Source of the DNA: Scyliorhinus canicula
Lineage: Eukaryota
Length of the DNA: 64,000 nt
Assembly (NCBI RefSeq): GCF_902713615.1
Contig: NC_052171.1
Location: forward strand, 3,348,001 to 3,412,000
Reading direction: 5' to 3'
Notes under the pieces: generated by a model
Database searches by the model: none
The model's input: the letters and a program-made list of their open reading frames with translations, nothing else
What the model was told of the DNA's origin: nothing
Shown: positions 50,360 to 64,000 of the stretch, piece after piece
Layout: the number at the start of each line of letters is the position of its first letter
How positions within the stretch are numbered: position 1 is the first letter of the stretch
Made by a program: the position numbers and the translations under genes

Positions 50360-50996
50360 ATGTAATCCAATTAGAAAGATACATCACTGAAACATTTCTG
50401 CGGCTCTGCTTTTCTTTCTCCCTGCTTTGTCTGCCAAATCCCTCCTCTTATCCTGAAACTATTGACACCTTACTTGACATAAGACACGCTGTTCTTCTGC
50501 ATGTCACTCAAATGGCCGCCCTTTTTGACGGACCTAGACGAAGGCCAGAATTCTCTGTCCATTCACGCCGGTGGCATTCTCTGGCCCCACTGCAGTGAAT
50601 TGAGTTTTGGCTGAACACAAAATTCTCCGTTTTCGCTTGCAGTGGTGGCAGGGCAAACTCGGAGCGGAGCCTCAGATGGGCTGTTTGGGGGAGCGGAAGG
50701 GACTAGTAAAGCTGAACACAGTTCTGTTTTTACCTGACTTCAATATGTATAAATATAAGCTTGGGCTGATGACAAGGAATGTACTGTTTTCTTGGCTGAA
50801 CATTGTAACATTGAAAGTAATTATAGCTTTACTGCTTTGAACCAACAAGTGGGAACTAGAGCGTTGAAATCAGAAACAAGCATTTCACTTATTGAGATCT
50901 AAACTGCATCTTATATTTTCTAGTTGCTAAATGTGGAGAATTGCTGTGTTAATTTATTCTTATCATTTAGGATTGTATGTTCTACTTTCTGAAGAA

Positions 50997-51043
50997 ATGG
51001 CTTATTTCAGCCAAAGCTTACTTACCTCTGTTGCCAGATCAAG
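50997..51043 (+). CDS. LETM2: LETM2 first coding exon (exon 50971-51043), MAYFSQSLLTSVARS(R)
   Basis: Acceptor tatcatttag|G at 50971, ATG at 50997, donor AAG|gtaaga at 51043 (47 coding nt, phase 2). Peptide resembles the recalled human LETM2 N-terminus MAFYSYNSVLAIARTR. LETM2 is head-to-head with NSD3 in other vertebrates. Confidence 0.75.
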
Positions 51044-52379
51044 GTAAGATGGTGAATTCTTTTTTAAAAATTATATTAATGAGGAAATGTTAACTTTGAA
51101 ATCTTGAGTTGTGTGTATTCTAACTGTTACAATCCTGGCTGATCCTCAGGTTAATCCGGCTGGCAAGATCCCAACTTGTGTATTTTGTTTAGCCATGTGG
51201 ACAGTGGCTACTGAACAGTCACAGGAGTCAGCTGGTGAACTTTTAACAAAATAAGAAAGCATTTATTAAACAAGAAAATATATATATTTTTCTTTTTTTA
51301 ATCAGTTTAGAATGCCCAATTCTTTTTTTTCCAATTAAGGGCAATTTAGCGTGTCCAATCCACCTACCCTGCACACCTTTTTTGGGTTGTGGCGGTGAAA
51401 CCTATGCAGACACGGGGAGAATGTACAAACTCCACACAAACAGTGACCCGGGGCCAGGATCGAACCTGGGTCCACAGCGTCATGAAGCAGCAGTGCTAAC
51501 CACTGCACCACTGTGCTTCCCCAACAGAAAAGATTAAGTATATTACTCTACTCCTTCACCCCAGCTATACGTTTACAGATAAATGAATAACACAAGTTAC
51601 AAAACCTATCTTATCCTCTAATGTTCACAGTAAGTGCACAGTCCGTGTAAACCAAGAGGCAAACTGCGTTCAGACAATCTGATAACCAAGTGATCAATGT
51701 CACCCAAAAACCTTCTACAGGTTTCTCATCAACTCCCCCCAATTGTTTGTCACTAGAACTCTGTGTTTCACACAAGAGTTTCCAATCTCTGCCCTTGAAG
51801 AACACGTCTTAGAATCTTCTCCCGAAAATAATCTTTCTCTCTGATGTTTTCACCCAAGACCCACCTCCAGGGTTTCAACCTCTCCTTCTAATGTTTCTCT
51901 GGCTGCAGTGGCAGGTGAATTCACCGTCCATTCAATTCCTCTGATACCCAGCAATACCAACAGAACACCACTGCTTCCCAGGCCTGTAGGGGGAGGTCAC
52001 CAACCTTTGGATCTCCTTCTAGTTTTTGCAAACCCACTTTATTCCATACCTGCACCCTGCAGACCTGAGTTTTACCTTGGAGCAGCTGCCTCTGCTCCTC
52101 ACTCTTAACTTTCCTGAACAGAACCAGTTTTTGGTCCCTGTCCTTGTTCTTTGACGTGACTGTCATGTCACAACTTTTTCCTGCCCCATTCCCTCCAGGC
52201 TCTGGGACTTTGTTATTTTCTTCTGGGAAATCCACTCTCTGCAACTCCTACTCTTGTGTCCTACTTCTTTTGTGCCTCTCTGAATAATGGAGTTTTCCTC
52301 TGGGTCACCTGACCTGGTCTTTCACGCTGTTTCACTTTTATTTTCAGGTTTCATCCTTTTCTGTGCAGGTGCAAGCTTA

Positions 52380-54117
52380 ACCTGAACTAAAAATGTAAAA
52401 GAGGACATCCGTTGACGAGGATGTGCTGAGTAGTCGCACATCTGGTGGAGCCTCCTCCATGCGGCAGAACTTCTGGCTGGATTTTGTCAACAATAGTACG
52501 AACAACAAAATGTCAGTGAGCAACATCTCGAGAGGCCGCAGGAACACCAGAAATTGTGGCAAGGGACAGGAGTGATGAGCAAGCGTGTCAGCGGACCCAC
52601 AGGCTTGGCGTCTCCAGCCTCCCCCGAGAGAGGGAGACCGGCGACCCAGAAAAGAAGACAGGCAATGGATGGAGGCTAGACGTATCATATAATTTACAGT
52701 GCAGGTGGAGGCTATTCGGCCCATTGAGTCTGCACCGGCTCTTGGAAAGAGCACCCTACTAAGTCCACACCTCCACCCTATCCCCATAACCCAGTAACCC
52801 GACCTAACTTTTTGGACACAAAGGGGCAATTTAGATTCTATGAGATGGGCAGTGCCGAATGCCCCACATTTAGGTTGGATGCGACCCTCTTGGCTGACGA
52901 GGTCTTCTACCAGAAAATGTCACAGGCCATAGGCAAGTATGTCACAAACAACCGGAAGGGGGAAGTCTCACCTTCCACGTTCTGAGAGGCACTGAAGGAT
53001 GTGATTCTGGGAGAAATACGCGCAGAGACACGGAAGACAGGACAGCAAGGCAACAACTGATCGACTCCATCCTTCGGTACTTCGGCCCCGACTGTGGAGC
53101 TTATGGCAGAGGAACAAACTACAAAAGGACTTTAACCTGATATCCACCAGGAAAGCACTGTACCAACTCCGCCTGACACAGGGGACCTTTTACGAGTACG
53201 GAGACAAGGCTAGCTGCCTATTGGCTCACCAGCTGAGAAAGCAGGCAGCCACGAGGGAAATAGCCCAGGTAAAGGATAACAGACAGACTGGTAGCTGAAC
53301 CAGAAAAGGTCAATAAAGTATTTGAGGCTTCTACCGGGGACTGTGTCTCTCCAAAACCCCGGCGGGGACTCGGCGATTAAATAGTTCCTCGATGGACTGG
53401 ACATACCAGTCATGGGGGCAATAGATGGGGGGAGAGGTCATGGAGAGCATTAACTCCATGCAGGCAGGGAAGCCTCCGGGACCCAGGACTTGTACAAAAA
53501 TTTCACAACGGCACTGGTCCTGTACCTGCGGGAAATGTTTATAGACTTGCCAGCGAGGGGCACCCTACCTCTAATACGAACACATATCGCTGATACCCAA
53601 AAACGACAAAGACCTAGCTGAGTGCGGATCATACAGACCCATTTCATTGCTCAATGTGGACACGAAAATACTTGGAAACACTAACAATGGCAGCCATAGC
53701 AGAAAGAGTGAGGGGATGGGTAAAGGACCCAGTCACGGAATGGAGGAGTCCTTATGCATAGGGACAACCCTCCAGGCCCTCGGCATGCCAGCACTCCCAA
53801 TCCTGCTAGCAAAACACTCCACAAGCCCAGTGGTGGTAGTGACTCTGAGAATGTGGAACCAATGAGGCAACATTTTAGTCTTGACTGATGTCCATCATGG
53901 CCCCCCATCTGTGGCAACCATAGGTTTGCACCAGCCACGCTTAACGCCACTTTCACGAGGTGGAGACATGCTTGGAGTGGGGGGGGGGGGGACGCTGATG
54001 GTTCGGGACTTTTACATGAGCAACAGACTAGCGACCTTAGAGTAGTTGACGGAGGAACTGGACATAACAAATAGGAACAAACTCCGACATCTACAGGTCA
54101 AAACCTTTCTCTGCAAA
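52380..54117 (+). mobile_element. Decayed L1-clade LINE fragments (interrupted by a SINE tail at ~52683-52832)
   Basis: Residual ORF2 peptides YEYGDKASCLLAHQLRKQAA and CGSYRPISLLNVDTKIL amid many stops and frameshifts. Confidence 0.75.
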
Positions 54118-54849
54118 GGAGTGGCACCGTGGTTAGCATTGCTGCCTCACGGGTCCAAGGTTCAATCCTGGCTCTGGGTCACTGTCTGTGTGGAGTTTTC
54201 ACATTCTCCACGTGTTTGTGTGGGTTTTGCCCCCACAACCCAGTCTCTGAGGCCCAATGTCCATTTTCAAAGGTAAGTATTATTTTTTCTTCTGGGGTCT
54301 GTAACATACTAGTCAATGCTAGGACCATTAAGTTGCTTTGTTTAATTTTCAAAAAATTCAATAAACATCTGATTAAAACCTACAATTGATAATCCCTTCA
54401 TCTTCTTCCCAAAAAGAACACAGATGCAAGCATGCCATACCCTTCCATTTCCGACACTTCAGAGATTCCGAACTAATCCATGTATCAATTCCTATCCTCC
54501 AAACTGACAAGAGATGTACATGATGATTGGATCCTTGATGTTGCCAATACTGACAAAGGTGCACACATTATGTACAGTAATACCCTTCTCATCTCTCTAG
54601 TTATGAAAGTTCATAAAAGATGAGGGTTTTCATTTCACTGGATGCATGTAATTCAGGATATCATCTTTCCAAGTGTGCAAATGCGGCAGGATACATTTTT
54701 GATGCTCTTTTACCTCAGACTGAATTACACGGCATTGCTGCATCAAGGCGGGACTGTAAAATATGGCAACTGTTCAAAAGTCTGTTGACTTTGACTTTGG
54801 TGGGTCCGGAAAATACCATTGGTGGGAGGAGTGGTGAAATTCAGCCCCT

Positions 54850-57800
54850 TGACAACATATCCACAATTCATGAATGTATCTGCCATGTAAACAGCAATGA
54901 AAACAGTATATACGAGCATTCAAACTGCCTGATGGCCCACATGGGCATTGCTGTGGCACTCCAGAGCTTGGCCCAGTCACAAAGGGCCATGGATGAGGGC
55001 ATCAAAAGCATTGGCCTGGCACTGACTGGCCTTGGCCAGGCACAGAGGGACATGGCACAGTCTCAGAGGAACATTGCACAGTGAGGTACATGTAAGAGCT
55101 GCATGGTGGCATAGTGGTTAACACCACTGCCTCACAGTGTCTGGTATCCGGCTTCAATCCCGACCTTGACATGAAAAATGAAAATCGCTTATTGTCACGA
55201 GTAGGCTTCAATGAAGTTACTGTGAAAAGCCCCTAGTCGCCACATTCCGGCACCTGTCCGTGGAGGCTGGTACGGGAATCGAACCGTGCTGGTGGCCTGC
55301 TTGGTCTGCTTTAAAAGCCACCAATTTAGCCAAGTGAGCTAAACCAGCCCCACAGTCCAAAGATCTGCAGGTCAGATGAACTGCCCACACAAAATTGCCG
55401 TTTAGTATCCAACGGTTAGGTGCCGTTATGGGAATAGGACAGTGTGATCCTAGATAGGATACACTTTCAGAGAGTAGGTGCAGACTCGATAGGCTGAATG
55501 GTCTTCTGCACTGTAGGGATTCTATGGTGTTCAGTGATGATCTCAGTGCTCCATATCGGTGGGCATCAAAACCATGGCTCAGACAAGGGTGGTCCAGCCT
55601 CGAGGACTGGCAGCGCCAGGTAACGCTCACTGTGGCACCTCCTCCATCCCCTGGAGTAGCCTGGGGGCCATCGAGTACCCCGAGGGAGGAGGACGTGAAG
55701 GAGCCCATGCTGATGCCTCCTGCAGGGTAAGTGCTCGAATACCTCAGCGCCTCCGAATCCCCCCCCACCTGACACTGGCGCATCTGGCGGGCAGAACAGG
55801 GTGGCAGAACATGTCATCACCTGTGACACCCAAAGGTTGGCAGGACCCATCCAGGCCCTCCAGAGGACAGCTGCCAAAGACATCACACATCAGAGGGCGA
55901 GACATGCAGCAGGCTGCCTCCACTTCTGATGTGCTGTCTGGGATAACACCTGGAAGGAGCGGTAGGCAATAGAAAATTAGAAAGTTAGAGATCACTTAAG
56001 TTGGCATGGGTGCAGCACATAGGTGATAGTTAGGGATTAGGGCACAACAATGTAAAAAGTTACCATTAAACAGTTTTGCACCAACAGTCCGACCTGCCTC
56101 TAACTTCTATCTGGTGGGTGTTGAAGTTGTGGTTACGGGGAGGGTGGGGTTGGGGGGTGGGGTGAGATGATGCTGGAGGATGGGGCGGGGCAGATCCCTT
56201 ATGACACATGAACGTCCCACCTGGTGTCACCCTCAAAGAGATGTGGCCGGGCAAGGGGCCAGAAGTATGAGCCCGCCTTGTATGACAGCATCCCCAGTGA
56301 GTAACTTGTCACCATTCACCATCTCCCAAACCGCGCCCCACAGTCACAAAGAATATATGAGCCTGTGAGATGGATTGGCCAGAACACATGCATAGGTCAC
56401 CGGGACGGACAGTGAAATGTGTTCCTAAACGCAAGGGTCAGACTTTGTCAGACTACGAGGAGCACCAGAACTCATCTCCCAGCGAGTCGTCATCATCCTC
56501 CGTAACATGGATACTGCCAAATTGGGACCAACGCCCTGTGGTGATGCGAAGGACCTTGGAGGGAGAGCTCTGGTTGTGGTCAGGAGTGAAGGGCTGTGGG
56601 ACATGGAAGGTGGAGTGAAGGCTTGAGGGACAGGGAAGGGGTGAGTAGTTCTAGGGAAAGGGGTTCCATTTGGAAGTGTGGAAGGGGGGGGGGGGGGTGG
56701 GGAGAATGCAAAGTGGGACAGGGCAGCAGAACTGCCGGTGGCCAGGCCTCTTGATTGGCAAATTGGGAGGTGATAAGGTTGTCCCATATGCAGTGGCCCT
56801 GGAGCACATGTTGGGCAGTCAGCCCTGCTAGCCTGGGCTCCACGTCCGGTTCTTCCTGGACACCCACCTCATCCTCCTTGTCAGATGAAGCCTGGCGTTC
56901 TTCCTCCTCTTCCAGCATGTTGCCCCTCTGCTGCGTGATGTTGTGCAGGATGCAGCAGACCAGCTGATGTGCGAGACCCTCCTGGGGGAATATGAGAGCT
57001 CCACCAGAGAGATCCAGGCATCAGAAGTGCATCTTGAGAGGGAAGCACGGTGGCGCAGTGGGTTAGCCCTATTGCCTCACGGAATCGAGGTTGCAGGTTC
57101 GAGCCCGGCTCTGGATTATTGTCCATGTGGAGTTTGCACATTCTCCCCGTGTTTGCGTGGGCTTCGCCCCCACAAGCCAAAGATGTGCAGTGTAGGTGGA
57201 TTGGCCATGCTAAATTGCCCCTTAACTGGAAAAATGAATTGGGTACTCTAAATTTATTTCTTAAAAAGAAGTGCATCTTGAGGATGCCGATGTTCAATGA
57301 TGCACATCGATGTTAAATGGGTGTCGTTATAATGTATCTCCATGTCAGTCTGGGGCCTCCGGAAAGTGTCATTAGCCATGACCTCAGCGGTTAATCCATG
57401 TCGCCCAACAGTCAACCTCTCACTCAAGGGAGCGCCTAGAAGACACTCAGAACCTCCGAGTGCGCCAGGATGTATGCGTCGTGCATGCTTTGGTTTTGGG
57501 TATTGGGTGCAGCAATGCATCATGTCTAGCTGGTGGTCACGCACCAACTGCACATTCAGGGAGTGGAACCCCTTACTATTGATCAAGAGCACCTCCTATT
57601 GAATCAGAGCTTGTGAGGGGACAAGTGGCCATCGATCACCCCCTGGACCTGGAGCATGCCAGTGATGGTGGCGTATTCTGCTGCCCGAGCATCCTGGTGA
57701 GCCTGGTCTTGACTGAAGGTTATATAGTCTGCTGCCCGGTCGCATTAGGCACCTGTCATATCATGCGGGATAAACCCCATCTAGAGGGATACGGCACAAG

Positions 57801-59450
57801 GAAGTGCTGAGGGTTTTGGCAAAGGTTGGTATCATGACCAGTACAGGCTTGGAGGGCCGAAGGGCCTGTTCCTATGCAGTATTGTTTTTTGTTCTTTGTG
57901 CAGACATTTGCAAAGAACGCCACACAAATCCATGCTCAAGACCTGGAAAGTTCCAGAGGCATAAAGGTTCAGGGTGACTCAACTTGATGGCCACTAGCCC
58001 CATGGTGCCAGGTCCGTCACCACCTGGCACAGGTGGCACATGGTCTCAGTGGTTAGTCAAAGCCTTTGTTGGCACAGTCTGGGAGCTCCTCGAAAGACAA
58101 ATGCCGACGGTATATATGTGCCCCGATGCAATACCTCCTACGCACCTCCTCCTCGGCCTGTTGAACGGCCAGCACTTGAGCCTCACCAGCTGGCCCCTGC
58201 TGTTCTGGGCAGGCCCCCTTCTGCAGGGTCCTCCCTGACTTGGCCCTGCTCCTCTAATCTCTGTACATCTGCACGCCAGTTGTGGCCAGGTAGACAGCAT
58301 AGCTAGTTCTACTCTGAAATTCATTATCTGCAGGGGGTTGAAAAGAGAAGACATGTTAGCAAGATGAGCATTCCCTTACCCTTCCAAAGCCACCAAGTTC
58401 CATAGTCACCCTGAGTTGTATTGTTGAGCCACCCTCAACATGTCCCCTCCAAACCCACCCACCCTTCCAGCCCCTTCGACACGTCCACACTGCACCCTTT
58501 TCCTCATCAGTAAGTGGCACTGAGCCTGGGATGTGAGAGCCTCAATCCTGTTAACAGGTTCCAGTGGTTACTGCAAGCCGTGTTAGCGATTGGCTCTGTT
58601 GCTCGTGTCCTGATTCCTCCGTGGGATCTACTGTGGGTCTCCTCACTGGGTGGACTCTTTATTATCTCAGCAGCAGGGTTGTGTGGCAGAGAAGGTCACT
58701 GTGTACCACCAATCACCTTCATGCTTGGAGGCTTGGGCATGGGCAGGTCCTACAAATGGGAGTGAGGGAGAAAAGTGTGCATCTGCTGGGAGCTTAGCTG
58801 CAATGTGAGGTGGGCCCTGAGGGGGGGCTGTACGCCAGGGAGGGTGCCATAGGCCACGCAGCATGTGTCCTTTGTTTGGAGTGAGCTTTACTATTCCCCT
58901 GCAGTGGGGCTGTGCTTTTAAAAAATATTTGAGTGCCGAATTCTTTTTTTTCCAATTGAGGGGCAATGTAGCGTGGCCAATTCACCTACCCAGTACACCT
59001 TTGCGTTGTGGGCTCCAAAATGACTAGAGGCTCTCTGAACACTTCGAGGAGAGGGTGAGTAGTCGGCAGTGTGAGCACTAAAAGGGTGTGTTTAAAACAC
59101 ATAATGCATCAATGATGGTCTGAGACATGCCACGCCGATCCCGAGGGGAACACCCCGACTCCACAGAGTCAGCACCAAGTCATTCCCACTACTCCCTGAG
59201 CCCAGGCAACAAGCCTGAAATTATGGAACGTTTTTTAATTTTACCGTCTCACTGACCCCCTCAACAGCCATGGTGCCCAGGCCCGCTTGTAAATACTTAC
59301 ACCAATTTACGCCTGCATGACTTCTGTCAGGGCAGAACATCGCGGAAGGGTGGAGCATACTGTGTCCATGCAAATGATGGTTTTGCATGGATCTGCCGGC
59401 ACAGAGCACACACTTTGATTTAGCTGCCAGTGAGGGACCTTAACTGCATG
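54850..59450. mobile_element. Decayed PIF/Harbinger element: DDE transposase (minus, ~56750-58330) convergent with probable partner-ORF remnant (plus, ~54850-55970)
   Basis: HARBI1-like motifs on minus strand: TLNLYASGTFQ (~57960), INSKGFHSLNVQLVRDH (~57560), YNDTH (~57320), CCILHN (~56950). Many frameshifts and three nested SINEs. Boundaries approximate. Confidence 0.75.
55171..55350 (-). mobile_element. Short (~180 bp) tRNA-derived SINE nested in another SINE
   Basis: Head GGGGCTGGTTTAGCTCAC...CTTTTAA...GGTTCGATTCCC joined to the CACAGTAACTTCATTG tail. Other copies at ~41055-41235 and ~18388-18498 (truncated). Confidence 0.8.
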
Positions 59451-60029
59451 TGCAGCATGGTAGCACAAGTGGCTAGCACTGTAGCTTCATAGCGCCAAGG
59501 TCCCAGGTTCGATTCCCCGCTGGATCACTGTCTGCAGAATCTGCACGTTCTCCCCGTGCCTGTGTGGGTTTCTTCTGGGTGCTCCAGTTTCCTCCCACTG
59601 TCTAAGGATGTGCAGGTCAGGTGGATTGGCCATGCTAAATTGCCCTTAGTGTCCGAAAAGGTTCGGAGGGGTTATTGGGTTACGGGGATAGAGTGGAAGT
59701 GAGGGCTTAAGTGGGTTGGTGCAGACGCGATGGGCCGGATGGCCTCTTTCTGCACTGTATGTTCTATGTGATTCTCCGTCCGATCGCGATTCACACTTAC
59801 GGCGTGGCGAAGTGGAGAATCTAGCCCAATTTGCACAGCTCTGAACATCCAAGATTTCTTTCCAGGTCTGTGCTGATTGAGGAGTTTACCTTTCACATGC
59901 CTGGGTTGTCCCAAAATGTTTCATAGCCAAGAAGTACTTTTGAATTTCAGCCGCAGCAATCGGTTTTACATAACATGGTCCGAGAGATCACAATCAGATG
60001 ATTGACTCCGCTTTGTAAAAATTCATTCA

Positions 60030-63000
60030 TGTGTTGCTGACAATGCCAGCATTTGCTGCCCATCCCCACTTGCACTTGGGAAGGTGGTTATAGCTGTCAT
60101 CTTGAATCACTGCAGTCCCTGTGATGGTAGGTCCACCCACAATGCTGTTCAGATGGGAGCTCCACATTTTTGACCAAGCAAAAGAAGAAAAATGGCAATG
60201 CAGTTCCTAGTCAGGAAGGTGCATGACTCACAGGGGACTTTGCAAGTGGTGGTGTTCTCATGCATCTACTGCCCTTGTCCTTACAGATGGTTGAGATCAA
60301 AGAAGGCTTGGTGAGTTGCTGCATGTGCATCTTGTAGATGGCATGCACTGCTGCCACTGTGTAGTAAATGTTTAAGGTGATGGATGGTGCCGATCAAGTG
60401 GGCTGCTTTTCCCTAGATTGAGTGTTGTTGGACCTGAACTCATCTATCAACTGGAGGATATTCCATCACACTTTTGCTCTGTAGACAAGCTTTGGGGAGA
60501 TAGGTGGTAAGTTACTTATCCAGAATTCCTAGCATCAGGCCTGTTCTTGTAGCCACGGCATTTATGTGCCTTGTCCAGTTAAATTTCTGGTCAATGTTAA
60601 CCCCCCCACTCACCAGGATGTTGATGGAGAGGAATAAATCAGCGGTAATGCGATTGAACAATTTAGAAGATGGTTATATTTTTTCTTGTTGGAATTGGTC
60701 ACTGTCTGGTACTTTTGTGACGGGCATGTTATTTGCCTCTTGTCAGCTCAAGCCTGGATGTTTTACAGGTCTTGTACATGGGCACAGACTGCTTCAGTAT
60801 CTGAGCAAATGGTACTGAACATTGTATGATCATCAGTGAACTTCTGATGATATGATAAAGGGAAAGTGAGTAATGAAGCAGCTGAAGATGGTTGGGCGGC
60901 AATGTCCTTGGCTGAGATGGTTGGCCTTTAACAACCACAAGCACCTTCCTTTGTGCTAAGTATTGAGAGTTTTCCCCCGTTGATACATCATTTTTAGGCA
61001 TGTTGATACTGCTCCTGGCATCCATTCCTGCAAGCCTCGTACCAGGTTTGATCCCTCGCTTTATGGGAAATGGCGAGTGAGCAAAATGCTGGGTCATGAG
61101 ATTGCAGATTGTATTGGAATAGCACTCTGCTGCTACTGAAGGCTGAGAGTACCCCAGGAATGCTTGGTCTCTTCTGAAACAATCAGTCTTTTTACGATGG
61201 GCGGTGGTTAAGGAATAAATCTTGGCCAAGTCACTGGAAGAACTCAACTCAATTCCTCTTCTTCAAATACCAATGGCAACAAGACCTTGATTTCAGGTTT
61301 CAGCCGAAACATAGCACCTCTTCTTCCTCCCTCAATACGACGGTGTAATGTCAACCTACATTACCACTTCAGGTCACTTGAATGAGTTCAGGTACTCGGT
61401 TAGCACTCTTTAAATTGCTGACTATCCAACCTCATTTACTTCATCGAACCATTGAATCCTTGCAGTGCAGGCGGAGGCCATACGGCCCATCAAATCTGCA
61501 CTGACCCTCTGTGGCCCACATAGGGCCACTCTGCCGTCCTACCTGTGTAACCCCCACATAACCTGCAAATCTCTGGACACTAAGGGGCATTTTTTTATCA
61601 TGGTCAATCCATCTAACCGGCACATGTTTGGAACCGGCACATTGAGGAAACGCACGCAGAGGTGGAGTGAAAGTGCAAACTCCACATAGTCAGCCAAGGC
61701 TGGAATTGAAACCGGGTCTCTGGCGCTGTAAGGCGGCAGTACCAACCAGTGTGCTGTCCCCAATGTGGGGAAGGTTATGCTCAGCTAGGCTTTTTGTCGT
61801 GAAAGAAATTATGCACCCAAAATTCTTCACCTTTTAATATTCATTGGCCTGTATGTTACATGGGAGCTGAAAAAATATACATGGAATCAAAACTTCAAAT
61901 TTGAAGAGTTCAAAACAAGATTGACAGGAAATGTTTCGGGTAAAGTTTTGGTTTGGCTATCAGCTAAAGTGGTGTCGTATTTATATTGTTGTGGCTGTTT
62001 TCGCAAGTCCGGGTACTGTTTAATCAAACCAAAGATTTCCCATTGTATTATTTGTTAGTCTTTTTGGAGGATTTGTCGATCTTGGCTTGGTACTCATCAG
62101 TGTTTAGGGTTATCTCCTTGCCAATAATCTGTGTGTTAATACCCAAAAGATCCAGCCTGTTTGTTCTACAGAACAAATTTCTGTGCTGACTGAGGATGAA
62201 ACATCATTTTGTATTTTTTCCTTTTGTTGCAGTGCGTCATATATTTCAGGTTTGCTTGGGAGCATGCCCCAAACTTTAGCAGCATAGGACTCTTCAGCAG
62301 AATGCCTTATCCAGCTGCTGTCACAGAATGATGGCAATTGGATTGTTATGATAATCAGTTGGGACAGTATAGCTGGAGTTAATGATCATTTACTCCATTC
62401 AAAATCCAGTCTCTGTTAGATCTTTCTCTGGTACTTCATGTTTTGTCCATGTAGGCGATGCTGGACAAGTTCATTCATTGCCCATTGTCCTTTCCCTGGG
62501 AAGGTTGTGAAATACCTTCTCTGAACTGTTGCAGTCTGTTTTCTGATGGTGCTCCAACAGTGCTGTTTGGCAGCGAAAGGATTTTGATTTCGTGTCCAAA
62601 ACAGGATGGTGCACAACACGGCAATTGTATCCACGACTTTGCTGTTCTTGTTCTTCCTAGTGGTTGGGGGTTGTAGGAACAGAAGGTTCTGTTGAAGAAA
62701 CTCACCAAGGTTACTAAAATTCTTCAAATCTTATGTACCAACAGGTACATTGCATCAAGGATGGAGAGTTTGAAAATTAAGGCCAGTGTTTTGTCCTGGA
62801 TGGTGTGGATTTTCTTGGGTATTTTGGCTGAATCTGTCCAGAGGAGTGATGAGAATTCTATCACATTCTTAAGTTGCAGTTCAAAGATGGTGGACAGGCT
62901 TTGATGAGTCTGGAGGCAAACCACTTATCACAGAATTGCTCGTCTCTGTCCAGATTTTGTAGCCACCTTGTTGATATGCCTGATTCAGTTTGACTTTGGT

Positions 63001-63690
63001 CAGTCATGGCTCCAGAGATGAATTTTAGGGCACTTGGCGATAACATCCTTCACATAAGATGGCAGTCATTGTCTGGCTGTTGTCAGGATTGAGCATGAAT
63101 TTCCACTTGTTAGCCCAGGATGTTGAATGAGTCCTGTTGTAGATTGACATGGGCTAATTCACCATGAGCAGAATTGTGACTGAAACTAGACATCATGAAT
63201 TGTCACACTGCGTTGAAGGGGATGTCATGGCTGAAGCAATGGTAAGTGTTTCTGAGCTGGATAATGAGGGCTTGGGAGCAGTTGAGCAGGAGGTCTTGCA
63301 GGCACTGGCCCTGCCCAATGCACTCACTACTTGTGAGTACAAGGAGAAAGACTGCAGGGAGGACAGCCACAATGCAGAGCAAGGTATCAGGGCTAAGAAG
63401 ACTCTCGGCGATGGTGGTTGTGGAGCTTTAAGGTGGGGAAAGAATAGAAGAGAAATTTAGTAGTACGAGGGGAGTTTGTAATGAGGAGGATAGATCGTGT
63501 CCTCTACAGCGAGGATTGTAAATCTCAAACAATATGTTGCCTACTAGGTGCCAGGATGAGGGATATCTCATGGCAATCAGGTAGAACTTGGAAAGGAAGG
63601 GGTTAAATCCATTTGTTGTGTCCATGTTGAAACATATGTCATGAGTAGGAAGAGGGAGGAGGTCCTTCTGAAAGAATATTCATAGTTGGA
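60030..63690 (-). mobile_element. Old LINE remnants (two similar 3' ends at ~60040 and ~62460)
   Basis: Repeated degenerate motif CAGCATTT.TTGCCCATCCC...GAAGGT and RT-like peptide remnants. Clade uncertain. Confidence 0.5.
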
Positions 63691-64000
63691 CTCAGTATAA
63701 AAAATAAATTTCATAACGGGCAATTTAGACTGGCCAATACACCTTGCCTGCACATCTTTGGGTTGTGGGGGTGAGACCCATGCAGATATGGGGAGAATGT
63801 GCAAACTCCACAGTGACCCAGGGCTGAGATCGAACCCGGGTCCTCATCGGCGTGAGGCAGCAGTGCGAACCACTGCACCACCATGCCGCCCTTAAGTGAT
63901 TTCACATCTGGCCAATAAAAGGTGTGAAATGCTGGAGCAGCAGTATTGGTTGGAAGTAAAATTGGCTGAAAGAGAGAGGGTGACTGGCAGGACTATTAAC

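Noticed and set aside
51125-52375. Possible solo LTR starting TGTTAC
   Set aside because: No matching CA end with TSD could be identified.
55270-55350. tRNA-like sequence, also present in all SINE heads
   Set aside because: Fused to SINE tails, multi-copy, no proper cloverleaf; not tRNA genes.
56750-58330. Possible domesticated HARBI1-like gene
   Set aside because: Multiple frameshifts, stops and a SINE insertion in the DDE region.
1-64000. CRISPR arrays, rRNA or prokaryotic systems
   Set aside because: Sequence is vertebrate; the recurrent repeats are dispersed SINEs, not regularly spaced arrays.

Overview
Vertebrate genomic DNA, most likely from a shark (catshark-like; inferred from HE1-type SINEs and other elasmobranch-style repeats). 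It holds the 5' ends of two divergent genes. NSD3 (minus strand) has a CpG-island promoter, non-coding exon 1 (~20030-19556) and first coding exon 2 (11399-10675). LETM2 (plus strand) has a second CpG island, probable exon 1 ending at 42567 and first coding exon 50971-51043. Most of the rest is transposon-derived: a young, apparently intact Gypsy/Mag-like LTR retrotransposon (28892-33528), a 5'-truncated L1 with a 17-bp TSD, many CR1/LINE remnants, ~30 tRNA-derived SINEs, palindromic Penelope remnants, two hAT non-autonomous elements, two decayed PIF/Harbinger elements, and an RPS29 retrocopy with an open ORF. Highlights: (1) the LTR element has no tRNA primer-binding site; its leader is instead a perfect 16-nt complement of the LTR segment ending in AATAAA, suggesting self-priming and/or poly(A) occlusion; (2) a hAT element carries two tandem ~95-bp near-perfect hairpins in LETM2 intron 1; (3) NSD3 has a layered uORF architecture. 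Gene and family names come from recalled sequence similarity, not database searches. Coordinates of old repeats are approximate.
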